Shown: in pieces, positions 19,944 to 29,233 of the stretch
Layout of the letters: each line of letters starts with the position of its first letter
Numbering within the stretch: position 1 is the first letter of the stretch
From: an uncultured delta proteobacterium
GTDB taxonomy: Bacteria > Myxococcota > Myxococcia > Myxococcales > Anaeromyxobacteraceae
Direction of reading: 5' to 3'
Length of the DNA: 64,000 nucleotides
NCBI GenBank assembly: GCA_963828255.1
Contig: CAWHDZ010000003.1
Span: 192,001-256,000 of the forward strand
The notes under the pieces: generated by a model
The model's input: the letters and a program-made list of their open reading frames with translations, nothing else
What the model was told of the DNA's origin: nothing
The model's database searches: none
Made by a program: the position numbers and the translations under genes

Positions 19944-22274
19944 ATGGACCGACATCCCTTCCTGGAGCGCGTCTTCCGCCGCATCGTGGCGCTGCGCCTC
20001 CCCATCCTGGCCGCCTACGCGGTCCTCCTTCCGTTGGCCATCGCGCTCTCGCTTCGCATCCCGTCGGAGGGGGCCATCGACCGGCTCATCGTCCCCTCCG
20101 ACCCCGACTTCGTGGCCACGCGGGCCTTCCAGAAGGTCTTCCCGGAGGGGCAGGTGGTGCTCCTCCTGCTCGAGTCCGACGACCCCTGGAGCCCCGACGT
20201 CCTGAAGCAGGTCACCGCCCTCGAGGAGCGGCTCGGGAAGATCCCCGGGGTACACCCCGTCTCGGCCCTCGACATCTTCCGCAGGGTCCAGCCCGGGTTC
20301 CAGCCCGACGCCGCCTCGGCCGCCGCCTACCGGAAGTTCGCCACCGGAACCGACATCCTGCGGCGCCAGGGGCTCGTGGGGGAGCGGTTCCAGGGGGTGG
20401 TGGCCGGCTTCGGCGGGGCCATGAAGGAGCGGGCCGCCACGCTCGCCGCCATCGAGGAGGCGGTCGGCCAGACCGGACCAGGGGTGAAGACCATCCGCAA
20501 GGTGGGCGCACCCTTCGTGGAGTCCTGGATCGAGCACGAGTCGGGGGCGGCCTCGGCCCGCTACTTCCCGCTCTTCGGCATCTTCGTCGTGATCATCGCG
20601 CTCTTCCTCTACCGCTCCTGGCGGACGCTGCTGGCCGTCCTGCTCTCGCTGGGCACCGCGGTGGCCATGGGGGTGGGGGCGGGAGCGCTGCTGGGCTTCT
20701 CCTTCACGGTGGTGTCGTCGCTCGTTCCACTCACCGTGATGGTGACGACGCTGGCCACGCTGGTGTACCTCCAGTCCCGCTTCGTGGACCAGCCCGAGGG
20801 GACCGGGGTGGACGGACACCAGGTCTTCTCCCTCGCCAACAAGTTCCTCCCGGTCACGGCCTCCACGGTCGCGGCGGTGCTGGGCTTCGGCGCGCTCGCC
20901 GTGTCGAGGATCCTCCCCGTCCGGGAGATGGGTGTCTGGACCGCGGTGGGCCTGGCCCTGGGCTGGATCGTCGCCTTCACGCTCTTCCCGGCGCTGCAGA
21001 AGGTGCTGCGCACCCCCACCGGCCGGACGGTGGCCGTGCGGACCCGCTTCTACGACCGGCTGGCCGAGGTGATCCCGGGCTTCACCTGGCGCTTCCGCTG
21101 GGCGCTCGTGCTCGGGTCGCTGGTGGTCTCGGCGGCCGGGGCGGTGGGGCTCTTCGGGCTGCCCGGCGTGGTGCCGCCCATGCGGGTGGGCGTGGACTCG
21201 CTCGACTACGTGGATCCCGGCCTCGACATCCACCGGGACATGGTCTGGTTCCGCAAGAACGTGGCGGGGCTCAACGTGGCCCGGGTCTGGATCCGCACCC
21301 CGCCCGGCGGCGCGGTCGATCCGGAGTTCCTCCGCGGCGTGGACCGCTTCGCCACCGCCGTGGAGGCGATCCCCCGGGTCTCGGGCGCGGTCGGCCCCAC
21401 CACCTTCCTCCGGATGCGGCGCTACATGGCCGGGCAGGGCGACCGGATCCCCCAGGACCGCGCGTCCTTCGAGGCGGCCGCCGCCGACGTGGAGCAGCTC
21501 TTGCTCACCGAGGCCGAGCTGCGCGCCTTCCTCGACGTGGGCACCCTCGGAAACGCCCAGCTCACCGTGATCTTCGAGGGGGTCGAGGAGAAGGAGTTCC
21601 ACGAGCTCATCGCGAAGCTGCGTCAGGCCTGGGACGAGGCGACCAGGGACGACCCGGCCTTCCGCGGGGTGGAGATGCAGGTGGTTGGGGAGTCATTGTT
21701 ACAGTCCAAGGTGGGGGCGAGCCTGGTGCCCACGCTCACCGAGAGCTTCGCGCTCACCGCCGGGCTCATCTTCATGGCCTTCCTCTTCGTCTTCCGCAGC
21801 CCCTCGGCGCGGCTCATGGCCATGATCCCGTCGGTCTTCGCCATCCTGGCCACGTTCCTGGGGATGAGCCTGCTCGGGGCCTCGCTCAACGTGGCCACCA
21901 TCCTCATCGCCACGACCGTGCTGGGCACCACCGAGAACGACCAGATCCACTTCTTCTACCACCTGCAGGAGGGGCGGCAGGAGGGTCGGAACTTCGAGCA
22001 GTCGCTTCGCTACACGCTGCGTGTATCGGGGCGCGCCATCGTCTTCGCCACGCTCATCAACGCGGCCGGATTCCTGGCCCTCTCGGTCTCCAACTTCCCG
22101 CCGCTTCGCCAGTTCGGGGTCATCACCGCGTCGGCGTTCCTGCTCGCGATGGTGGCCGACTTCACGGCCCTCCCGGCCGCGCTTTGGCTCATCTCCGGGG
22201 AGAGGCCCGCCGGGGCAGCGGAAGGAATGCGGGGATCTGCTTCATCCGACCCGCCCACTCCGGGTGGTTCATGA
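19944..22274 (+). CDS. MMPL/RND-family transporter
   Basis: Two repeats of TM + periplasmic loop + TM bundle; GFGALAVS and GFLALSVSNFPPLRQFG. Confidence 0.85.
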   Translation: MDRHPFLERVFRRIVALRLPILAAYAVLLPLAIALSLRIPSEGAIDRLIVPSDPDFVATRAFQKVFPEGQVVLLLLESDDPWSPDVLKQVTALEERLGKIPGVHPVSALDIFRRVQPGFQPDAASAAAYRKFATGTDILRRQGLVGERFQGVVAGFGGAMKERAATLAAIEEAVGQTGPGVKTIRKVGAPFVESWIEHESGAASARYFPLFGIFVVIIALFLYRSWRTLLAVLLSLGTAVAMGVGAGALLGFSFTVVSSLVPLTVMVTTLATLVYLQSRFVDQPEGTGVDGHQVFSLANKFLPVTASTVAAVLGFGALAVSRILPVREMGVWTAVGLALGWIVAFTLFPALQKVLRTPTGRTVAVRTRFYDRLAEVIPGFTWRFRWALVLGSLVVSAAGAVGLFGLPGVVPPMRVGVDSLDYVDPGLDIHRDMVWFRKNVAGLNVARVWIRTPPGGAVDPEFLRGVDRFATAVEAIPRVSGAVGPTTFLRMRRYMAGQGDRIPQDRASFEAAAADVEQLLLTEAELRAFLDVGTLGNAQLTVIFEGVEEKEFHELIAKLRQAWDEATRDDPAFRGVEMQVVGESLLQSKVGASLVPTLTESFALTAGLIFMAFLFVFRSPSARLMAMIPSVFAILATFLGMSLLGASLNVATILIATTVLGTTENDQIHFFYHLQEGRQEGRNFEQSLRYTLRVSGRAIVFATLINAAGFLALSVSNFPPLRQFGVITASAFLLAMVADFTALPAALWLISGERPAGAAEGMRGSASSDPPTPGGS

Positions 22275-23112
22275 GCATGCGCCGGTCCTTCATGGGGACG
22301 GAGATGAAGACGAAGAGCAGCGTGATGGACAGTGGCCCCACCAGGGTCCACCAGCCGGGCCGGGCCGCGAAGCCGAGGATCCAGAGCCCCCACCAGAATC
22401 CCATCTCGCCCAGGTAGTTGGGGTGGCGGCACCAGGCCCAGAGCCCGGTGTCGAGCATGGCGCCCCGCTCCCGGGGCGACGCCATGAAGCGGCGCAGCTG
22501 CAAATCCGACACCGCCTCGAGCACGATGGCGCCCGTGGTCACCGCGAACCCCAGCGCGTCGAGCCAGCCGAGCGGGCGCCCGGGGCCGGAGAGCGCCGGC
22601 CAGGCGGCCAGGAGCCCCAGGAACACCCAGCCGGTGGGGAAGAGGTGGAGCCCCACGAAGCTCGCCGGCCAGTAGAACCTCCCGGCCTTCCGCCGGATGT
22701 CCACGTACCGGTAGTCCTCGTCGCCGAGCCCGTGCCAGCGCGCCAGCTGGTTCGCGGTGAGGCGCAGGCCCCAGGCGACGACCAGGATCACCACCAGCGA
22801 CTGGCGCAGCGCAACGGCCTCGGCCCCGCCCGGCGCCATCGCCCAGTAGAGGGCGATGGGGATGGGGGCCAGGCTCCAGTAGGGGTCGTACATGCTGGAG
22901 TTGTCGAGGGCCAGGCTGAAGCAGAAGATCACCGCGGTCGCCGCCAGGTCGGCGGCGAGCGCCACCCAGAGGGGGTCACGTCCCGGGAGGGCCATGACCG
23001 TGAGCGCGGCGCCGGTCAGGGCGGCGAGGTAGGCAGCCGCGAGCCAAGCAAGGGAGCGTCCACGGGTATGGCGGGGGTCGCCCGCGGAGGGGATGTGAGC
23101 CGGATCGGACAT
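22189..23112 (-). CDS. DUF1295 / steroid 5-alpha-reductase-like membrane protein
   Basis: NSSMYDPYWS, WGLRL, EDYRY, GLWAWCRHPNYLGE. Confidence 0.88.
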   Translation of the reverse strand: MSDPAHIPSAGDPRHTRGRSLAWLAAAYLAALTGAALTVMALPGRDPLWVALAADLAATAVIFCFSLALDNSSMYDPYWSLAPIPIALYWAMAPGGAEAVALRQSLVVILVVAWGLRLTANQLARWHGLGDEDYRYVDIRRKAGRFYWPASFVGLHLFPTGWVFLGLLAAWPALSGPGRPLGWLDALGFAVTTGAIVLEAVSDLQLRRFMASPRERGAMLDTGLWAWCRHPNYLGEMGFWWGLWILGFAARPGWWTLVGPLSITLLFVFISVPMKDRRMLMNHPEWAGRMKQIPAFLPLPRRASPRR

Positions 23113-23176
23113 CGCGTACAGTTAACAGACGGGTGGCCCGTTCGCAGTCACCTTCCCGGGCCGCCAGGGGGCCGCC

Positions 23177-23608
23177 ATGTCGATCGTCGATCTCGCCGCC
23201 ATTCCGCAGGTCGCACTCGCCTTCATCAACGACGATCACCGCGAGGAGGCCCGCCTCCTCAACGACCTCGCCGAGGCCGTGAAGGGGCACAAGGCGGGGA
23301 AGATCCCGGTCGAGACCGTGCTCCAGCGATTCGAGGCTCTCTTCGGCCACACCCAGGAGCACTTCGGCCGGGAGGAGGAGGCCATGCGCCAGGAAGGCTT
23401 CCCTCCGTACCCGGTGCACAAGGGGGAGCACGACCGGGTCATCGAGGAGATGGAGTCGGAGGAGATCCATTTCCGGGAGACCGGCGACACGGGACGGCTC
23501 TGGAGCTACGTGTCCGAGGGCGTCCCGGCATGGTTCATCGGCCACATCCAGTCCATGGACGCCATCACCGCGCAGTTCGTGAACATGAAGCGGGGCGGCC
23601 CGGGCTGA
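23177..23608 (+). CDS. Bacteriohemerythrin
   Basis: H..HFGREE..HKGEH..WFIGHIQSMD di-iron motif. Confidence 0.9.
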   Translation: MSIVDLAAIPQVALAFINDDHREEARLLNDLAEAVKGHKAGKIPVETVLQRFEALFGHTQEHFGREEEAMRQEGFPPYPVHKGEHDRVIEEMESEEIHFRETGDTGRLWSYVSEGVPAWFIGHIQSMDAITAQFVNMKRGGPG

Positions 23609-23624
23609 GCGGCACGGGAGGGAG

Positions 23625-24062
23625 TCAGCGCGCCGCCCCGGCCCAGACCGGGGTGTTCCAGGCGTCGAGCCGCCAGCGCACGCCGACGTTGAGCTTGCCG
23701 AGCCCGCCGCTGCCGCTGCTGTCGAGCTGAGGAGGCTGGTAGTCGATCTGGACCCCGGACGTGTTGGCGGCCCGTGCGAGGCTCGAGACCACCCCGATGT
23801 CGAGCCGGTCGAGGGTCGCCAGCGCCAGCTCGGTCCGCTTGCCCCGGGTGTCGATGGGCTGCTCGCGACCCGGGATGGAGACGCGGGGCTGGCAGTACTC
23901 GGCGCGGCAGGCCGGGTTGTCGCCTGCGCTGCGGGTCTCGGCCCGGACCTGCGCGACCTCGGCGCTGGGAGCCTCGGGCTGGGCCCATCCAGGGATCTCC
24001 CCCGGGACATGGCCGAAGCCCGCTCCGATGACGACTTGCAGCGCCATTGCCGCGAGGAACAT
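23625..24062 (-). CDS. Hypothetical exported protein
   Basis: GAGG RBS, hydrophobic N-terminus, Cys pair, no recognised family. Confidence 0.55.
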   Translation of the reverse strand: MFLAAMALQVVIGAGFGHVPGEIPGWAQPEAPSAEVAQVRAETRSAGDNPACRAEYCQPRVSIPGREQPIDTRGKRTELALATLDRLDIGVVSSLARAANTSGVQIDYQPPQLDSSGSGGLGKLNVGVRWRLDAWNTPVWAGAAR

Positions 24063-24144
24063 GCCTCATGGTAGGCGCGTTCCGATATCGACGGGGATGA
24101 CCTTGGCGGGTCTCTCGGGTCTGCGGGCAAGCCCTCATACGAAG

Positions 24145-24175
24145 GAGGGCCCGGTCCAGGTCGGACCGGGCCCTC
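24145..24175 (-). terminator. Hairpin immediately downstream of the tRNA
   Basis: GAGGGCCCGGTCC-N5-GGACCGGGCCCTC, perfect 13-bp stem; weak U-tail. Confidence 0.6.
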
Positions 24176-24179
24176 GAGA

Positions 24180-24255
<76 letters not shown>

Positions 24256-24316
24256 GTACGCGCACGCCTCCCACGACAGGGGAGGGGGCCTTGTTTACGG
24301 GCAGGGGCGACGGGTG

Positions 24317-24748
24317 TCAAGAGACGATCGGAGCCACCCAGTAGAGCATCACGTACACCAGGACACCGGTCACCGAGACGTAGAGCCAGGCCGGAATCGC
24401 GAAGCGGGCAACGCGCCGGTGGGCGTCGAACCGCCCCTTCCAGGCGAAGTACACGGCGAAGCCGATGAGGGGCACGATGGCGGCCGCCAGGATGGTATGG
24501 CTGCCGAGGAGAAGCAGGTAGGCGGAGCGGAGCGGCCCGGTGCCCGGGAAGCGGTGGGTGCCGGTGAGGGCGACCCGTGTGAGGTAACCCATCAGGAAGA
24601 GGGCGGACACGCAGAGCGCCGAGATCATGAGGGCGCGGTGCCGCTCCCTGTCGCCCGCGCGGATGGCCCGCCAGCCCAGGGCGATCAGCACCGCGCTGGT
24701 GGCGTTCAACGATGCGTTGATCGGGGGGAGGATCTCTCCGAGGCCCAT
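24317..24748 (-). CDS. DUF420 membrane protein
   Basis: LPPINASLNA, HRALM, FDAHRRVAR..WLYVSVTG; usual oxidase-assembly context. Confidence 0.85.
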   Translation of the reverse strand: MGLGEILPPINASLNATSAVLIALGWRAIRAGDRERHRALMISALCVSALFLMGYLTRVALTGTHRFPGTGPLRSAYLLLLGSHTILAAAIVPLIGFAVYFAWKGRFDAHRRVARFAIPAWLYVSVTGVLVYVMLYWVAPIVS

Positions 24749-24751
24749 CGA

Positions 24752-25663
24752 CTACCTCGCGCCCAGGAAGAGCGCGATGAAGACGGCCACCAGGTAGAGC
24801 AGGGTGGAGAGGAAGAAGCTCCGGGCCCAGCGGGATTCGCCGTCGGGGCGCCGCAGGCCGGTCGCGGCCGCCAGCGTGAGCCCCCCGCCCAGCAATGCCG
24901 CGAAGGCCCCGTAGCCCCAGGTGGCCATTCCCAGGAAGGCCGGCAGCATCCCCACCGGCACGAGCAGCGCGCTCGTCCCCACTGCCCAGGCCTTGGCGGT
25001 TCGCTCGCCGTGAACCAGCGCGAACACCTTGAGGCCGCCTCGCGCGTAGTCCTCCTTGAGGTAGATGGAGATGGCGAGGAAGTGGGGCAGTTGCCAGACG
25101 AACAGGATGGCGAAGAGGGCGAGCCCTCGGGCGTCGATGGAGCCGGTGGCGGCGGTCCAGCCCATGAGCGGGGGGATGGCGCCGGGGATGGCGCCGACGA
25201 AGAGCGCCGCGGTGGTCCAGCGCTTCATCGGGGTGTAGACGAAGGCGTAGCTGACCAGCGCCACGAGCGCGAGGAGCGCGGTGAGGGGATTGGCCGACAG
25301 GGCCAGCACCGGGATGGCGAAGACCGGCAATCCGATCCCGAGGGCGAGCGCGGTGGCTGGCTCGACGCGCCCGGCCGGGAGCGGGCGCCCCCAGGTCCGG
25401 CGCATGAGGCCGTCCACGTCCCGTTCCAGGTAGTTGTTGAGGACGTTGGCGGCGCCGACCACCATTCCGGTGCAGATCAGCGTGGCGGCCGCGCGTGGGG
25501 CCGAGGGCTGCTCCGGGGCGAGCCAGATCCCGGCGGCGGTGGTCGACACCACCATGCCCGAGAGGCGGGGCTTGGCGAGGGCCACGAGGTCGCCAAGGCC
25601 GCGCAGCGCCTGGACCGGGGAGATGGTGGGGCGCGTGGTCGCGCGGCTCTGGTTCGGGATCAC
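24752..25663 (-). CDS. ctaB: Protoheme IX farnesyltransferase (heme o synthase)
   Basis: LAKPRL, NNYLERDVDGLMRRT..RPLPAG, YTPMKR, GAIPPLMGW, WQLPHF. Confidence 0.93.
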   Translation of the reverse strand: MIPNQSRATTRPTISPVQALRGLGDLVALAKPRLSGMVVSTTAAGIWLAPEQPSAPRAAATLICTGMVVGAANVLNNYLERDVDGLMRRTWGRPLPAGRVEPATALALGIGLPVFAIPVLALSANPLTALLALVALVSYAFVYTPMKRWTTAALFVGAIPGAIPPLMGWTAATGSIDARGLALFAILFVWQLPHFLAISIYLKEDYARGGLKVFALVHGERTAKAWAVGTSALLVPVGMLPAFLGMATWGYGAFAALLGGGLTLAAATGLRRPDGESRWARSFFLSTLLYLVAVFIALFLGAR

Positions 25664-25666
25664 TTC

Positions 25667-26587
25667 TCACCCCGCTGCGGGAACGAGTCGGGAGACGTCG
25701 GCCCGGCCGGCCTGCTGCGCGGACGGCTGGGGACCGAGGAGGAGGAACAGGAGGAGGGAGTCGGCGAGGAGCAGGACGGCGCCGGCGAGGTGCAGGCTCA
25801 CCACGGCGACCGAGATGAGGCTCCAGACGGTCCAGGCCCCCAGGAGGATCTGGACGACGACCACGACGGGGGCGAGGAGGGCGGCGCTGCGCGCCCGGGA
25901 GGGTCCGGAGCGGAGCGCTGCGACGGCGGCGGCGGTCACGAGGAGGGCCACTGCGACGCCGGCGAGGCGGTGGAGGGTCACGAGCTGGGCGGGGCCACCA
26001 GGGGGCCAGACGGCGCCCTGGCAGAGCACCACGCTGGTGTCGCAGGCGAGGCCGGATCCGGTGTGGCGCACCAGCGCTCCGAGCACGATCTGGAGGTACA
26101 CGCCGATCGCGGCCACCCCGGCCAGCGCGCGCACCGGGCCGGGCGCGGGAGCCTCGCCGGCGGCAGGGGAGGAGGGCGCGAGGCGCCAGGAGAGCCAGAC
26201 CAGCACCGAGAAGAAGGCCATCGAGGTGGCGAGGTGGCCGGACGAGACCACGAGCGGCAGCTTCCACACCACGGTGAGGGCCCCGAGCGAGGCCTGGAAG
26301 AGGACGAGCCCCACCGCGACGAGCGAACCCACGCGGACGGCCGTCCCCCGCCGGCGCCGCCAGACCGTGACCGCGAGTGCAACGGTGAGGACCGAGACGG
26401 CCAGGGCCACCAGCCGGTGCCCGTGCTCGAAGAGGACCCCTCCCTCCATGGCCGGGAAGAACTGGCCGTAGCAGAGCGGCCAGTCCGGGCAGGCCAGGGA
26501 GGACCCGGTGGCATGCACCATTCCCCCGATGACGAGGAGGGCGAAGGTGGCCGCGGCCGTGGCCCGGGCGAGTCGGTATTCCAGCAT
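25667..26587 (-). CDS. ctaA: Heme A synthase (COX15/CtaA)
   Basis: GSSLACPDWPLC, FEHGHRL, second Cys pair, LHRL. Confidence 0.92.
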   Translation of the reverse strand: MLEYRLARATAAATFALLVIGGMVHATGSSLACPDWPLCYGQFFPAMEGGVLFEHGHRLVALAVSVLTVALAVTVWRRRRGTAVRVGSLVAVGLVLFQASLGALTVVWKLPLVVSSGHLATSMAFFSVLVWLSWRLAPSSPAAGEAPAPGPVRALAGVAAIGVYLQIVLGALVRHTGSGLACDTSVVLCQGAVWPPGGPAQLVTLHRLAGVAVALLVTAAAVAALRSGPSRARSAALLAPVVVVVQILLGAWTVWSLISVAVVSLHLAGAVLLLADSLLLFLLLGPQPSAQQAGRADVSRLVPAAG

Positions 26588-26613
26588 GGGAGAACGGTTG
26601 TTTAAATAGTGGA

Positions 26614-26627
26614 CTGATCCAGGTCAA
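26614..26627. promoter_or_regulatory. FNR/CRP-like box in the divergent ctaA intergenic region
   Basis: CTGAT-CCAG-GTCAA, 8/10 match to TTGAT-N4-ATCAA; could instead be a TTGACC -35 element. Confidence 0.4.
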
Positions 26628-26691
26628 GCCCTCGTCGGAGGGGGTGCCGGGGGACGCGAAAATGGGGGGAAACGGGATATGGATCGGGCCC

Positions 26692-27354
26692 ATGAACCGA
26701 TCAGCCCTCACCGTTGCCCTCCTCCTCGTGCTCGCTCCCTCCCGCACCCCGGCCGGCGAGCTCCGGGGGGTGGTGCGGTTCCAGGGGGCAGCACCCGCCC
26801 CGGCTCTCCTCGAGACGACCAAGGAGCGGGCCGTCTGCGGGGACTCGGTGCCGGACGAGGCGGTCCAGGTCGCCGCCGGGATGCTCCGGAACGTGGTGGT
26901 TGCCGTGAAGGGCGCCCCGGCCCCCGCCCCGGGAAAGGGGGTCCTCGACCAGCGCGGCTGTCGCTTCCTCCCCCACGTCCAGACCCTTCCTGTCGGGAGC
27001 ACGCTCGAGGTGGTGAACGGAGACCCCACCCTCCACAACGTCCACGGCTACCTGGGGCAGGCGACGGCCTTCAACCTGGCCATGCCTTCGAAGGACTCCC
27101 GGCTGGCCCGCCAGCTCAAGAAGCCCGGGCTCGTCGTCGTGCGCTGCGACGTGCACGCATGGATGAGCGCCTTCATCTGGGTTGCGGACGGCCCCGCCGC
27201 CGTGACCGGGGCGGACGGCGCCTACGTCGTCGGGAACGTCCCGCCAGGCACCTACGAGGTGACGGCGTGGCACGAGAAGCTGGGGGAGCGGAAGGGCACG
27301 GCGACCGTCCCGGCGACGGGCGCGGCCACCCTCGACTTCACCTTCGGGAACTGA
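26692..27354 (+). CDS. Exported protein with cupredoxin-like and carboxypeptidase-regulatory-like domains
   Basis: Signal peptide; DQRGCRFLPHV, LHNVH, CDVHAWM, VPPGTYEVTAWHE. Confidence 0.75.
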   Translation: MNRSALTVALLLVLAPSRTPAGELRGVVRFQGAAPAPALLETTKERAVCGDSVPDEAVQVAAGMLRNVVVAVKGAPAPAPGKGVLDQRGCRFLPHVQTLPVGSTLEVVNGDPTLHNVHGYLGQATAFNLAMPSKDSRLARQLKKPGLVVVRCDVHAWMSAFIWVADGPAAVTGADGAYVVGNVPPGTYEVTAWHEKLGERKGTATVPATGAATLDFTFGN

Positions 27355-27355
27355 A

Positions 27356-27613
27356 CTAGGCGTCCTCGTCCTCGGCGACCTCGTCCTCGTCCTCGGCGAG
27401 CGGGACCTCCTCCTCGCCCTCGAGCGCCTCGACCTCGGGCTCCGCCTTGCGAGGCGTGGCGCGGACGCGCTTCTCGGCCGGGGCCTTGACGACCGGGGTC
27501 TCCCGCTGGTCGGCCCCGCACTTGGGGCAGAGCGGGACCGGCTTCTTCATGTCGTAGAACTTGGTCTGGCACTTGAAGCAGGCGTGCTTGGTTCCGAGAT
27601 CCTTCGGCGGCAT
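27356..27613 (-). CDS. FYDLN-acid (TIGR02300-like) zinc-ribbon protein
   Basis: LGTKHACFKCQTKFYDM..CPKCG followed by an acidic tail. Confidence 0.85.
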   Translation of the reverse strand: MPPKDLGTKHACFKCQTKFYDMKKPVPLCPKCGADQRETPVVKAPAEKRVRATPRKAEPEVEALEGEEEVPLAEDEDEVAEDEDA

Positions 27614-27716
27614 TTATCTCCCCTGCTGGCGTGCGCGCCAATTATCCAAAGACGCGGAGCCCGTCAAAGGAAAAGGCGACGCCCCCCGCATGATGCTGGG
27701 CTATACCTCGCCCTGC

Positions 27717-28520
27717 ATGAACGAGACCGAAAGACTGGAGCGGCGCCTGCTGCGGGACACCGCGCGCGCCATCGAGGATTTCGGGCTCGTCGAGGACGGC
27801 GACAAGATCCTGGTCGCGGTCTCGGGGGGCAAGGACAGCTACGCGCTGCTGCACCTGCTCTCTCGCCTGCGCGAGAGGGCCCCCATCCACTTCGACCTCG
27901 TGGCGGTCAACCTCGACCAGGGGCACCCCGGGTTCCCGGCCCACGTCCTGGAGGAGCACTTCCGGAGCGTGGGAGTGCCCTACCGGATGCTCCGGCAGGA
28001 CACCCTCACCATCGTGAAGCGGCTGGTGCCGGAGGGAGGGACGTCCTGCTCGGTCTGCTCCCGGCTGCGGCGGGGCATCCTCTACAACGCCGCCGTGGAG
28101 ATGGGCTGCAACAAGATCGCGCTGGGTCACCACCGCGACGACCTCATCGAGACCCTCCTCATGTCGGCGCTCTACGCGGGCCGTCTCATGACCATGCCGG
28201 CGAAGCTCCGCTCCGACGATGGACGGAACGTGGTCATCCGGCCGCTGGCCTACGCCGCCGAGGAGGAGATCGCGGCCTTCGCGGCGCTCATGCGCTTCCC
28301 GGTGGTCCCCTGCGACCTGTGCGGATCGCAGCCGAACCTCATGCGGAAACGGGTGAAGGCGCTCATCGCCGAACTCTCGGGCGAGCACCCGGCCGTGAAG
28401 GGGAACCTGCTCTCGGCCCTCTCCAGCGTGGTTCCGAGCCACCTCCTCGACCGGGACCTCCAGGCGCGGCTCGGCGAGTCGGGCGGCCGGGACCCGTGGC
28501 TCGACGTCGAGACCGGATAG
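27717..28520 (+). CDS. ttcA: tRNA 2-thiocytidine(32) synthetase
   Basis: SGGKDS PP-loop, CSVCSRLRRG, LGHHRDD, CDLCGSQ. Confidence 0.93.
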   Translation: MNETERLERRLLRDTARAIEDFGLVEDGDKILVAVSGGKDSYALLHLLSRLRERAPIHFDLVAVNLDQGHPGFPAHVLEEHFRSVGVPYRMLRQDTLTIVKRLVPEGGTSCSVCSRLRRGILYNAAVEMGCNKIALGHHRDDLIETLLMSALYAGRLMTMPAKLRSDDGRNVVIRPLAYAAEEEIAAFAALMRFPVVPCDLCGSQPNLMRKRVKALIAELSGEHPAVKGNLLSALSSVVPSHLLDRDLQARLGESGGRDPWLDVETG

Positions 28521-28537
28521 CCTCCCCAGGAGACCCG

Positions 28538-29230
28538 ATGCCGCTCGTGGACCCCGAGTCGATCCGCACCCCGCGCGACCTCGCGCGGGTGATCGAGCAC
28601 ACCCTGCTGCGGGAGGACGCCGGCGAGGCCGACGTGCTCCGCGCCTGCGAGGAGGCGCGCCGCCACCGGTTCGCCGCCGTCTGCGTGCGCTCGAACTGGG
28701 TGGCCCGGGCGGCCCGGGCGCTCTCCGGGTCGGGGGTGGCGGTGGTGGCGACGGTGGACTTCCCGGAGGGCGCGGGCAGCACCGAGGCCCGCGCGCGGGA
28801 GGCACGGGCCGCGGCCGCCGCGGGAGCCTCCGAGGTGGACGTGGTGCTGGGGCGGGCGGCCCTGCAGGCCCGCGACCACGGGGCCGTGCTGCGGGACCTC
28901 TCCACGGTGATGGCCGAGGCCCGGGTCCCCGTGAAGGTGATCCTGGAGACGAGCCGCCTCACCCGCGACGAGAAGGTGGCGGCCTGCGCGCTCGCCCAGG
29001 CGGCCGGGGCCGCCTGGGTGAAGACCTCCACCGGGTATGCCGGGGGCGGCGCCAGCGTGGACGACGTGGCGCTCCTGCGCGCCTCGGTGGGGCACGCGGT
29101 GGGGGTGAAGGCCTCCGGGGGGATCCGCAGCGCCGACGACGCGCTGCGCATGGTCCGGGCCGGGGCCGACCGCATCGGCACGAGCTCCGGTCCGGGCATC
29201 GTCGAGGGCGCCTTCGCGGGACAGGGGTAG
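28538..29230 (+). CDS. deoC: Deoxyribose-phosphate aldolase
   Basis: IEHTLL, VKVILET, VKTSTG, VKASGGIR, RIGTSS. Confidence 0.95.
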   Translation: MPLVDPESIRTPRDLARVIEHTLLREDAGEADVLRACEEARRHRFAAVCVRSNWVARAARALSGSGVAVVATVDFPEGAGSTEARAREARAAAAAGASEVDVVLGRAALQARDHGAVLRDLSTVMAEARVPVKVILETSRLTRDEKVAACALAQAAGAAWVKTSTGYAGGGASVDDVALLRASVGHAVGVKASGGIRSADDALRMVRAGADRIGTSSGPGIVEGAFAGQG

Positions 29231-29233
29231 GGC

